The notes beneath the pieces were generated by a model. The model made no database searches and was not told the DNA's origin. It saw only the letters and a list, made by a program, of their open reading frames with translations. A DNA stretch of 64,000 bases from contig OZ004607.1 in the NCBI GenBank assembly GCA_963924565.1, positions 15,128,001 to 15,192,000 of the forward strand. Direction: 5' to 3'. Shown in pieces: positions 1 to 13,207 of the stretch. The DNA is from Ascidiella aspersa (Eukaryota). A program made the position numbers and the translations under genes. The number at the start of each line of letters is the position of its first letter. Position 1 is the first letter of the stretch.

Positions 1-398
1 TGTAACTGGCAAGCATGGTCCAAGTTTGCTCCAAACAACAGGGTATTTGCTTGATACATTGACAAGGTTTTGTACTAGCTTTGCCATATTTAAAGATGGA
101 TGATGAACTGCATGCGATAGCATGCAGCCTAAATTATTAACATAGATGAAAACTTATAGTATAAATAAAGTTGCTGTGAGAATATCTGTGCATAACAGTT
201 GTTAATACTAATCATAGTTTTACAAAGAGTAAGTCATACATTTTTAGCTTTTACAGAGTAAGGCACAATTACACCTCAAACAGTAAAGGGTTTTATCAAA
301 ACAGCACCAGGGACCATCTCTAAAAGGCAGGTAATTGACAATACAATGAACCAAGTATATACAACCAATAAAATTAACTTAAAATACACACTAAAAAG

Positions 399-1889
399 TT
401 AAAGTTCTGAGTTCAGAGCTTCACTAAGGTTTAACCAATCCTTTTCAACAAATTTGTCTAATCCGCAAGTTGTTGTTTGTAGTTGGTCAATATCCGGGTC
501 AGGCATTGTTTCCAACTTTTTTGTATTATATTCTTTAGTGCAGTCAATAACACATGCATCACTTTGATCTTGCTCAGTTGCAGCCAAACAAAACAATGAC
601 TCAATTGTTTGACCAGGCATTAATCCTATGAGACAATTACTCCGATAACCATCATAAACTTTCCATTGGGAGTCTGCAATGTTATATTTTTCTTGTGAAG
701 GTATAAACATAAAGTTGTTAACTGCTTGTAAAACATCATCAACAGTGAATGTTTTAGCAACTACATGGTTTGAAGTACTGGAAGTTCTTACAACATTATT
801 AGGCTCAGTCAGGATTGAAACTGAAGGATATGAAAACAAAGCAGGAACACATTCTTGCAAAGTTTTTAGGATATTGTTTGCGACAAATTTGTTTTTAAAG
901 TCTAATAACAAGCAGGAAATTATGCTTTTCCAACTGTAAATCTCCAAGTCTTGCTGTGGCACATAGTCATCATTCTTTAAATCAATTAAAATGTACTCCA
1001 TCCAGGCAGTAAGAACTCCCTGAGAATTAAAATTGCAAGAAGGGTATTGCAATTCTTTAATAATAAGAACCAAAAAATAGAGCAGTTCATTTTGACTTTT
1101 GATAAATTTGAAAAGTGTAATCCAATATAAAAAATATTTTGACTTAACCTCTTTGTCATCAAAAGATTTATCCACCAGATCTCTAGGAAAACTTGTTAAA
1201 TAAAGTTTGTTTATAAGAATAAAACAAAATCTCCTTACTTTATTCTTAGTTTGTAAATAACATTCAATTTTTTTTAAAAAGTTATTTTCCTTTTGACGTT
1301 TTTTTCTTATAGTGCCTTTTACAACTTTTTGTAAAGATGCTGTAAAGTAATTGCTTAAGAGTTCTGTAATAGTTTTGTCAACAGATTCTATGTCTTCCTC
1401 TGTAGATACAAGTTTAGAATTATTCATCATGATTTTATACTGCACATCCCAGTGGTTATCTTTTAACCAGTCAAGGCCAAACAAGACTGCTTTTTCAAGC
1501 ATAGAAAGAGTTGGTAGAGGGCCATGTGCCATTTCATGCCTGAGATTTATCAGCCATTCAGGCACTCCAAGATCTTCACCGATCTCGTGAATAGGTTTTC
1601 TGGTGTTCCCCTTCAGGCCATGCTCTGTAATTAGACCAACAAATTGTGTAATAGCAGCAGATAATAATTGGCGTTGTGCATCTTTGGATATTTGCTTTGC
1701 TTCCAACCAGGCTTCAAGCAATCTTGAGGTAGCATCGATTGCAACAGGTATACGACCAGCAAATCTCACCCTCCAGACATTAATTATAGACAAACTGTCA
1801 TATTGATCAGCAACATTACCATAAAACAGGTTGTTGTATGTTTCTATCCATTCTTTATCACATATCCAAGCAACCACGCGATCTGTCAT
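399..1889 (-). CDS. LAS1L: LAS1-like ribosome biogenesis endoribonuclease (HEPN), single coding exon, 496 aa from the ATG at 1889
   Basis: The N-terminus matches the Las1 domain pattern (VVAW..EW..WRVR..P.AIDAT..AITQFV..LGVPEWLINLRHEMAHGPLP..LDWL..HW..Q) and contains an RxxxxH HEPN motif. The ORF-track start at 1907 is not ATG; the first ATG is at 1889. A TTTTTACAG acceptor lies just upstream (AG at 1913-1912). Confidence 0.9.
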   Translation of the reverse strand: MTDRVVAWICDKEWIETYNNLFYGNVADQYDSLSIINVWRVRFAGRIPVAIDATSRLLEAWLEAKQISKDAQRQLLSAAITQFVGLITEHGLKGNTRKPIHEIGEDLGVPEWLINLRHEMAHGPLPTLSMLEKAVLFGLDWLKDNHWDVQYKIMMNNSKLVSTEEDIESVDKTITELLSNYFTASLQKVVKGTIRKKRQKENNFLKKIECYLQTKNKVRRFCFILINKLYLTSFPRDLVDKSFDDKEVKSKYFLYWITLFKFIKSQNELLYFLVLIIKELQYPSCNFNSQGVLTAWMEYILIDLKNDDYVPQQDLEIYSWKSIISCLLLDFKNKFVANNILKTLQECVPALFSYPSVSILTEPNNVVRTSSTSNHVVAKTFTVDDVLQAVNNFMFIPSQEKYNIADSQWKVYDGYRSNCLIGLMPGQTIESLFCLAATEQDQSDACVIDCTKEYNTKKLETMPDPDIDQLQTTTCGLDKFVEKDWLNLSEALNSEL

Positions 1890-4087
1890 AGCGACAGAAT
1901 AGCACAAAATGCTGTAAAAATATTGTAAATTGTTAGTATTAATACAAATATATAAGCATATTATTTCAAAAAAATAAAGACAAAATGTAGTTTATTTCCA
2001 AAATTTGTTTAGACTTTAACAGGGAAATAAAAAAGGGGTGTTTGATATGGAACTCATGTCTACATCTTATTTCTAGTTGAAAATGTTTAACAATGGCAAA
2101 AATCCTTATGAGTTAATTACAAAACAAGTGTTTTTAAGGAAGCAATTAAGCAAACTTATGCAAAAAACTTCTGGGTAAAATAACACATTCTAAATGATTT
2201 ATCTTTAATTTTAATATTTAAGATAAATCAATTACTACATTATTACACAATAAATTATTTAGAATTCATTTTTTTATGAAACTTAAAATATTAGGTCTTT
2301 TCAGTTTTTTAAGACAATGATTTGTAGTTATCCAGCACCAAATTTGTTAGAAACTGGCTATTTTCCCAGGTTGCTCAGGTATACATGTACCCAAAAATGA
2401 ATATAGATAGATTTGAGTTACACTTAGGGTTATCATTTGGGTAAGGTGAATTAAGATATTAAATTCACTTTTCCGAGTTTTGCATTATAGCAAAAACAAT
2501 TTGTACTCAACCGGTTTATGATAAAAATTGATGCTTTTTAGAATATAATTACTTCGAAGATGTTTGTATTCTGCAGTATACACATACAGATAGATTAAAC
2601 TCAAATTTTGGGCCAAACCACACAAGAAAAGAACCTCAGTTTACTTTTTTTTTTATCCTATGAAACATGTGAAAAATACATTAACAGTGGATTAGGGGGG
2701 TTTGAACAAATGTGCTATAGCCACATAAGTCATAAAACTAGTTTACAAATCCCAAATGAAAATCTAGCTATTGGTTAGGGCTCAAATCTTCAGGGGTTGG
2801 TGGGCATAGAACAGTGATTCTTAACCTTTTTTATCCCCTTTTGTAGTTGTGCCTTGGTCCCCCTCATATCAAATAAGTATCACACTAAAATAGTCAGCCA
2901 ATCAATTATGCAAGCAAAGCCAAGACTGCTGTAAATTTTGAACTAATGACCTTGGACATACTGGAACCACTGATCTACCAACAGAGCTATGCAGGCCCAC
3001 AGAGCTGAAGGCCGAGAAACAATCATTACACCATGTGTATTTTTTGAAAACAGAAAACATGCAATGGTATGAACAGATTTAGAAACTTTGAGCTAAATAA
3101 TGTCCTCAAGACATTGTAAAAAAAAACTACAAAAGAAAAGAATCGTGCGGAGTTACTTTACTAAAGTTGGTAAAAATTGCAGTTTAGGTTGCACAGCCTG
3201 GCCCAACCCAAATCAAGAACCATATTTTGAGTTCCTCAACTAAACTGTGTAATTTTTTTTGAAAGCATCTAGGGCAGCCTGACTGCATTCCATAAATTGT
3301 GGTCGCCAAAAATTTATGCCAAAAATGTTTTTGGCTAAAATCCTATGCCAACAATGACAATATATACCAAAAACCACAATTTTTTTGGTAAATTCACAAG
3401 GCCAGCGATATTCCATGCCAAATGACATCACTGGCCAAAATAATAACCAAATAATGTGCGTTGTGGTATGACGTACTGTAGACCATTTTTTTGCGTTACT
3501 GTATGTACCAAATTGATGTAGTGCCTGGCAGCACCCGACTATATTCAATAATTTGTAGCCGCCAAAGATAAAATGGGGTACATATTTATTCGGGTAGGTG
3601 GAGGTTTAGAAAAAAAATATTTCAGGTGCACTTGCCATGCTTTGCATAGTGGCACAAATATTGTGCGTTGATTTATTAATTACATCATCGCTTTAGGTCC
3701 CATTACATCAATATGTGACGTAATCTTATATGCATCCTGGACAAGAAATTATCATTGACCACCACAGTTTGGGCTTTTTCCCCATTGTTTAAATAATTAT
3801 TAAATAACGCACATTGTTGGGTTAGGGTTAGCGTTTGGGTTTAGCTAGGTTAGGTTTTATCAATTCTCACATTTTATTTTTATCTTCTGCAAATTTTTAG
3901 CGAATAATTTCACTTTATCTACGCCAGTAGTTCACCTATAGGTCCAACTGGTGCATTGCCGCGGCCTCGGTGTCTATAAGTCAGACTCTTCTGCCCTTGG
4001 ATGCTTAATTATCGTAGACCTTTTTACTTAAAACTGCACTAATTTCTAGCGGATCGGGTGATTATTTCGGTGGCTGTGGACCACTGT

Positions 4088-4343
4088 GGAAAGTATGGCA
4101 AGTGCACCCGCGAGATTTTTTCAACCTTTTAAAAGTGCACCCTGAAAAATATCTAAACTGCACCCCAATTATGTAAAACGCTTGTGCGGAATACGTTTAC
4201 AGTGCAATGTATGCAATACAGAGTGGTTTGGAAAATCACAAAGTGCACCCGAGGTGTACTTTTTTGACGTTTCTTGCACCCGGTCACCCGGATTTTTTCG
4301 GCCGTGCACCCGCGAGATCTCGTCGAAATCTGCCATACTTTCC
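4088..4343. mobile_element. Short non-autonomous element with perfect 13-bp terminal inverted repeats (GGAAAGTATGGCA) and internal (G)TGCACC repeats
   Basis: GGAAAGTATGGCA at 4088-4100 and its reverse complement TGCCATACTTTCC at 4331-4343. Six TGCACC copies lie inside. No target-site duplication (TSD) was found. Confidence 0.55.
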
Positions 4344-4740
4344 AGACTTGGCTGTGGAGAGAAAATTTTAAAGCCTACAGTTTTAAAGGAAATGGTTTCA
4401 GAAAAATATTAATTATTTGTAGTTTTAAGTACGTTTCTGCAAAAAATCCCAAAAGTCAAATGAATTTATAACACCGGAAATTAGCGTCGAAAAGGCCAAC
4501 ATGGCAAAGCCGGTACTTACACTGAATGTTATTCGACTTTACAGATAGAAATGTAATTGTTGTCATTTCTCCAACCAATGGTAATGTTTTAGTACAATAG
4601 AAATCCTTAAAACTCGAGTAACTACAGTAGTTTGAATAAACCAAAGAGATCATAAGGCTTTGGAATAAACAGAGTATTTTTTTTCTGCTGGTCTGATGGG
4701 TTTCCAGGTTTTCGTTAAGGGGTTTAGTAACAGTTTAGAC

Positions 4741-5058
4741 AAGGGGTTACCAACTCAAACATGCCGACGTGCCAATTTTTATCTTATAACTTCTTCCCGT
4801 GCCAAAGTTTAGCAACTATTTTTTTTCTAATATTAAAAGCGCTTTTATACAAAAAAATAAAACAGTAGAATGTTGTAATATCAGGAGCAGTTGTTTGTTG
4901 TCGTAATTGCTGGGATTGTTTTGCATTGTGAATAAACAATGACAATTGGCTGTATAACAAATTTAGCTTTTTTGACAATTGGCTTTTTTGGCTTGCGTGT
5001 CATTTTTATTAGGTTGCGTGCCACATTTGGCACGCGTGCCTTATATTGGACACCCCTG
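4741..5058. mobile_element. hAT (Charlie-like) MITE
   Basis: Ends are AAGGGGTTACCAA ... TTGGACACCCCTG. Flanking 8-mers GTTTAGAC (4733-4740) and GTTCAGAC (5059-5066) match 7/8. Subterminal CGTGCCA/GGCACGCGTGCC motifs are present. Confidence 0.65.
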
Positions 5059-5149
5059 GTTCAGACATTACGTAGGTTTGAAATCAGATTTAGCACGAAG
5101 AACTTGTACACGAATGGTGAAATCCGTGTGTAAAATAAGTTTACACTTA

Positions 5150-5790
5150 CACCGACAACACCGAGATAAGAACAACACCAACGTCAGAATCAAACACAAT
5201 TCGGAATAAGGCCCAAATAGGATAATACCTAATGGAAGTAGTACCGTCTAAATCGGAATAAGTCCTAAATCCGTCGGAACAGGATTTAAAAAGTCAAAAT
5301 CAGTCCTAAACAACACTTTAACTAACCCAAAACCCCACCCCTAAGTACATCACTAACTCCCCTAATAATTTCAACAATAACCCATTTCTAACCCCACCCA
5401 TCACCCACCACTAATCCCAAACAGGATAAAAAATCCGGTGCCAAACAAGCGGCGCCCTGACGGCGCCGGTCAGACTAGGGCGTCCAAACGTATAGTCCAA
5501 AAAAGGCCCGATGCCAAACCGATGGCCCCCGATCGTCCCATACCTCTATCCACAGGTTCGGGCGTTATTTTGGCCATTTAGGCCTTATTCCGATTAATTT
5601 AGGCTTTATTTCGATGAATGTAGGCCTTATTCTGATGAATTTAGACCTTATTCCGATAGGTTTAGGTCTTATTCAGACGATTTTGATCTTATGCAGTACC
5701 TACTGGATATTACTTCGTATTTGGCTGTATTATATCGTTGGTCTTACTGCTTTAGGTATTGTTGCTTTTTAGATCTTATTGTGTGTTCTC
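5150..5790. repeat. Foldback-like element with inverted arrays of a ~21-bp unit
   Basis: CGGAATAAG(G/T)CC(C/T)AAAT copies at about 5202 and 5254. About six reverse-complement copies (ATTTAGGCCTTATTCCGAT-like) in tandem at 5577-5695. Boundaries are approximate. Confidence 0.5.
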
Positions 5791-6216
5791 ACCGAAAGTG
5801 ACATTATTTGCTCAAATCGTTAACAATTCAGACTTATTTGTTAAGTAAATTAAGATAAATTGCGATGGTGACTCATTTACCTTACGAGATCAAGAAAGCA
5901 GCATTTGTTTGTTTTGCGATGGCAAAATCTTTATATTGCATAGCGGCAAATTGACGCTCAACCCGATTGCTAGCATATAAAAGCTGATTATACTGCACAT
6001 CCCACTGGTTACCTTTTTTGAGAGGTGTATAATTAGGGGTGAATTTTGAATAATTTTCATGACGGAACGATTGAAAATTGTTCTTACCCGACCGCATGAC
6101 AATTTTCACAGATACGTCACAGAGTTACGTCATAGCAGGACATCATAAAACTACTACCGGTAACATTAAGAAACCTGAAGTTATCGTTCAATCTTGTGCG
6201 CAAATATGCACTAAAC

Positions 6217-7769
6217 CAGTGGTCGGCAACTGTGGGCCTTGTCCCAAATGTGGGCCGCAGAGCCAATTTTAGTTTAGCCCCTCGCACGTAGCCTAGGTAT
6301 ATTGTTCTTGTAGACTATACTAAGAGTATGTTTTACATTATGACATGGCAGTGTTTTCGGCATCGAGGCGCCGTGTAATATTTCACCTTACATTCGTGTG
6401 TACAGTCCAATGCGGTGTGAACTCCCTGCAAAATGCAATTTCTACCAAAATATTTTAAGTTGAATGTTATTTTCTATTCAACTTTGTAATATGGCTTTTG
6501 TATCATGACTCAATGAGTAACATTTATCGAAATTTTAAAACAAGATTAACATAATGGATTTCTTTCATGTCTTTCATGCGAACTTTATACGTGATTGCGA
6601 CTGTCGCCATTCAGCTGTGGAAATTATATAGTGTTAATCTTTTATGCATTGAGTACACGTTTAAGGTAAACGATTTGACAATTAAACACAAATAGAGGCA
6701 ATTTTTTTTTGCGTTTTACGCGATAAACTTATTTTAGTTGCCATATGCCACACCGGTTGGTTCAAGAACAATACGTTTCTTAAATTACTACCACGTTACT
6801 TGTAAAATAACTACGATATTACTTGTGAAGTCAAATGTAAGGATTTTTACGTACTTTTATTAAGTTTTATACTTAAATCTATTCAGGCCAAAAGCGATAT
6901 TTTGTAATTTCTTGCGTCGTGTGACTCATCCAATTTCTGTTGAATTGTACTATATTGCGTTATTTTGAGCAATATCCAGTGTTGTAAGACTCTAGTTAAT
7001 GAGTGCAGTTAAGTTACTGTTTTTAAATGACTTAACTTGACTTAAGTCTTCCGGACAAATGACTTGACCTGGCCTGAGTCTTTTGGACAAATGACTTGGG
7101 TTGAAATGAAGTGTTTTCTTTAGGTATTTTTTTAAAATTGAGCTATTTATCCATTTTTTGCACTTAAAACAAATTGCTTGCTATATGTTGCGTTTTTGTT
7201 ATTTTGTAGTTCAGTTATAGTTCTTAATCGTATGAGTTTAAAAATTATAATAGTTTGACGTTGTGTTTTTATGACAAGGACATGACTTGAAGTTGACTTG
7301 CTCTAATTATGACTTGACTTAAGCAACTGATGACTTGGGCTGGGACTTGACTTGTTATTTATTCAAAAAGAGTTGACTTGGACAAACCGGTGAGTTTTTT
7401 TTTTTTAAATGACATGACTGGGACTTCATTTTGAAATGACTTGTTTACAACACTGGCAATATGTGAATCCTTTTATGTGCCATGTATCCTTTCAATTGAA
7501 GTTTTGTCAATTTAAAACCAATAAACCTTATTTTTTCGAGATACGCGCAATTAAACTGCATTTCAGCTTCATATTTGCACACAAGTTCGTTCGAGAACAA
7601 CAGGTGTTTCTATGAACAATTGTTTTATTACGTAACTTTGTGACGTCTTTCTAATGGCTCCAACTCAAAACAAATATCCTTAATCCCACTGTTTTCGTAG
7701 TATTTCAACAAAGTGGGCCTTCAATAGCCCTGAAAAAGGTAAAGAGTACAAAAAGTTTGCAGACCACTG
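6217..7769. mobile_element. Non-autonomous hAT element (outer member of a nest)
   Basis: TIRs are CAGTGGTCGGCAACT and AGTTTGCAGACCACTG. Perfect 8-bp TSD CACTAAAC at 6209-6216 and 7770-7777. No transposase ORF. Confidence 0.85.
6977..7455. mobile_element. hAT-type MITE with GACTT subterminal repeats (inserted inside 6217-7769)
   Basis: Perfect 11-bp TIRs CAGTGTTGTAA / TTACAACACTG. Flanks GCAATATC (6969-6976) and GCAATATG (7456-7463) match 7/8. Dense (T)GACTT pentamer arrays near both ends. Confidence 0.85.
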
Positions 7770-8583
7770 CACTAAACTCTTAGTCTTAATAGGCTACATT
7801 TCAGAAGATTGCGAAAAAGCAATTGGTTAAATAGGCAACAAAATGTGGACACAAAAAGAATACATTTTTATTTTCGGAAACGCCGTTTTACCCCAAAACG
7901 TTAGGCCTACAGATTATTTTCACCACTTACTGTAACACAATTGACCTACTCGTTGAAATGCTCATCACTCGTACAAAGTACATACTTTTTAATTTGAGGT
8001 TTACCTAATAATGATTGCAGTAAGTTCTAGTTTTCACACTGCTAATAACCAAGATAATACAAATTAATTTGCGCAAAGCGAAGTTGACGTTCCAGCAAGA
8101 AAATTATTTCACTTTCGCCTGCACGTTTGGGATACGTTCGGTAAGAAATTTCTCCCTGGAATTGTCTAACGGGGTTGTTTTTCTCAGATCTTCTCATATA
8201 GATTTTTATTGAATTTCCAGTTGGAAATATAGCTATCCGGACTTGAATATTGGAAGACAAGAATATTGTTTTATAATTGGAAGGCCTAATCTATTTAATG
8301 ATCTAATCTGTATGGCAATCTTTCTAATGGTATAGTCATAACTGATAGGATAATCTGATTAACATCGATACCCGTAAAGCATCATATTTATATTACCACT
8401 GCACCGGGTGATGTGTAAACCTACCACATTATTAACATCAGTTGCCCAACATGGCGTTGAATATAATTTGCTACCAATAAATTATTTTTACAATCAAGTA
8501 CAAAATAAAAAATAAGGTTTTGATGAATTGTTTATTAGATAATGTGTTAAATTTAAATAACACAACAAAAAGCGTAAAAAAAT

Positions 8584-9924
<1,341 letters not shown>

Positions 9925-10069
9925 TCATAATATTTTATACCAGACTGATTGCATATACAAATATTAAGCAATTATCATTTATCTAATATAGTTTTCCACT
10001 GTTTAATCCAACGAAGTAAAAATGTTGCTTTTTTCATTACATCGATTCACCATTATACTGTAAGTTTAC

Positions 10070-10310
10070 CTGTGTTAGTATGCTGTTGCTTTCTGAATAG
10101 CTAAAGAGGTAAGATGCAATTGATGGGTTACAATAGGAAATGTTTCTTTTTATACTGGCTATGAGCTAAAGCTGCAAAGATATCAAGCTGTCGTCAGCTG
10201 CTTTCGCTGCCTCCCACACGTCATGACAGTTGGCTCGTTTCTTGCGAAGGTAATGACAGTCGGCGCCCTATATAGTATTAACTATTGCCTTGTCCATATT
10301 TGGCCATTCT
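10070..10310 (-). promoter_or_regulatory. Proximal promoter and non-coding first exon of actin copy A (TATA, E-boxes, CRE-like sites, CArG)
   Basis: TATAAAAA on the minus strand at 10154-10147; CAGCTG at 10195-10200; CGTCA/CACGTCA motifs; perfect CArG CCATATTTGG at 10294-10303. Predicted 5'UTR intron from 10069 (GTAAAC) to 9897 (TTTGCAG). Confidence 0.7.
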
Positions 10311-10859
10311 TTTGTTTGCAATGCGTTTAGATCTAAATATAGAATATCTCAAGACTAAACCGATCCAGATGCTATAAAATTGTTTTAGGTTATTTTTTTT
10401 ACATGGAAACGCAACATATAATGGTTCATGCTTATGATTTGTTCGTTTTAATAATTTTATTGGTTGACCCTTCCAGCAGGATTGCGCTAGATTTTTTTCG
10501 GGTAACTAAACACGTCCCCGATACTGAATTTGAGTTAAATATACTTTACATGCTTTTAAACAATTCTAATTTATTTTAAACATAACGTAGTTTTTAAAAA
10601 CAAGGATTTTCATATACCAAACATTTTTGGTATAGCGTACTAGGATAACAAAACAATATTTTTATATGAACACCGGTTTAATTTTAAAAAGACAACTGCA
10701 CGTTTATCTAAATCCCGATACTGTTGTAATTGATCGTTTTCTTACATCATATATGTAAAAACTGAACGATGTACTAGGATTCCATGAGAAAATAAAGGAT
10801 AGCAACGTTAAATTATAAAATATTTTTTCAAACAAAACAAAATTCCTATTTACAGTAAG

Positions 10860-11095
10860 TGACAATATGGGCAAGCATCACTGTTCGTTACCAACTGTTT
10901 TTGTGGTCAGTTGTTCGCACCTCACTGATGCGAAACAAACTTGCTAAATCTGTTTGAATGACAGCTGGAACCAATAACACCATATACGGCATTGCCTTCT
11001 TTCCATTGGTGAGTATATAAGCCTGGTGGTAAAATGCTAATCAACGTGAATTAACTTTGCTATCTGATTCATTTCTGCATCACAAACATTGCAAG
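10860..11095 (+). promoter_or_regulatory. Proximal promoter and non-coding first exon of actin copy B
   Basis: E-boxes CAACTG (10892), CAGTTG (10908) and CAGCTG (10962); CArG-like CCATATACGG at 10980-10989; TATATAA at 11014-11020. Donor AG|GTAAGT at 11096 and acceptor TTGCAG at 11887 give a 792-nt 5'UTR intron. Confidence 0.7.
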
Positions 11096-11714
11096 GTAAG
11101 TTTATATGTTAATGCTGGACTAGTGCGGAGCTTAATTACTGAAGGTTTCAGATAATTTGAAATAAAAAAAAAACAGCATCAAGGAGTGTTTTCGATTCTG
11201 TGTAGTATGATAGTTATTATGATTAGCAATTAAAACTCTGTTAGTGTATCAAAGTTATAAAGCAGAACAAGTAAAAAGTAAACAGATATGCAAATTCCTG
11301 TAAGTTATACCGGGTCCTTAACGTACATAAACCAGTTAGCCTACTTAGGAAAAACAGTATTATGAATATTGTCATCGTCCTTTTTGCTAAGCGATGCGTT
11401 TTTGAATTGACAGAGATGCAATGACCTAGGTTAAGTTAAACTATTTGTGTTAAGGGTTGGCTTACGTTTACGGAGATTGATGATAGTTTTATGTAGCTTT
11501 AATGTTAATAATTTCATTGATGAAAATTCACATGATTTTATATACCAGGCCTGTAACGGTGTTTGTATAAAAATGGGTTAATAGGCCTAACGATTTGTAT
11601 GAGAATTTAGAGGTACATGTTGTTACTAACTAGGCTATTACGGTATTTTATGAAATGATTTCCTTTTTGATTTTCCCGGCTACATCTATAATATTTTTGT
11701 TCACAAAAATCGTC

Positions 11715-11800
11715 TTTTGTATAAACAACTGTTTTTTTTTGTTTTGTTTTTTGTATAAACAACTGTTTTTGTATAAACAACTGTTTTTGTATAAACAACT
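11715..11800. repeat. 18-bp tandem repeat (TTTTTGTATAAACAACTG, 4 copies) in the 5'UTR intron of actin B
   Basis: Three adjacent copies at 11748-11800 plus one at 11715-11731. Confidence 0.85.
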
Positions 11801-11890
11801 AATTTTTTTTTTAATATTAATTTACTCTGTTTTTAATATTAATTCACTTTGTGTAATATTAATTTATTCATCCATGTTCTCTTGCAGTAA

Positions 11891-13207
<1,317 letters not shown>

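Noticed and set aside
2-170. Possible last exon of a plus-strand gene (VTGKHGPSLLQTTGYLLDTLTRFCTSFAIFKDG-stop, AATAAA at 164-169)
   Set aside because: Only 33 codons at the window edge with no recognisable homology; cannot be supported.
2812-2972. CAGTGATTCTTAACC ... GGAACCACTG possible hAT MITE remnant
   Set aside because: TIRs are weak and there is no TSD.
3819-3856. GGGTTAGGGTTAG as an interstitial telomere
   Set aside because: Only about two units; similar motifs recur inside MITE-like elements (5320-5420, 54275-54370).
5577-5695. Regularly spaced repeats resembling a CRISPR array
   Set aside because: Tandem degenerate units without unique spacers, no cas genes, and a eukaryotic context.
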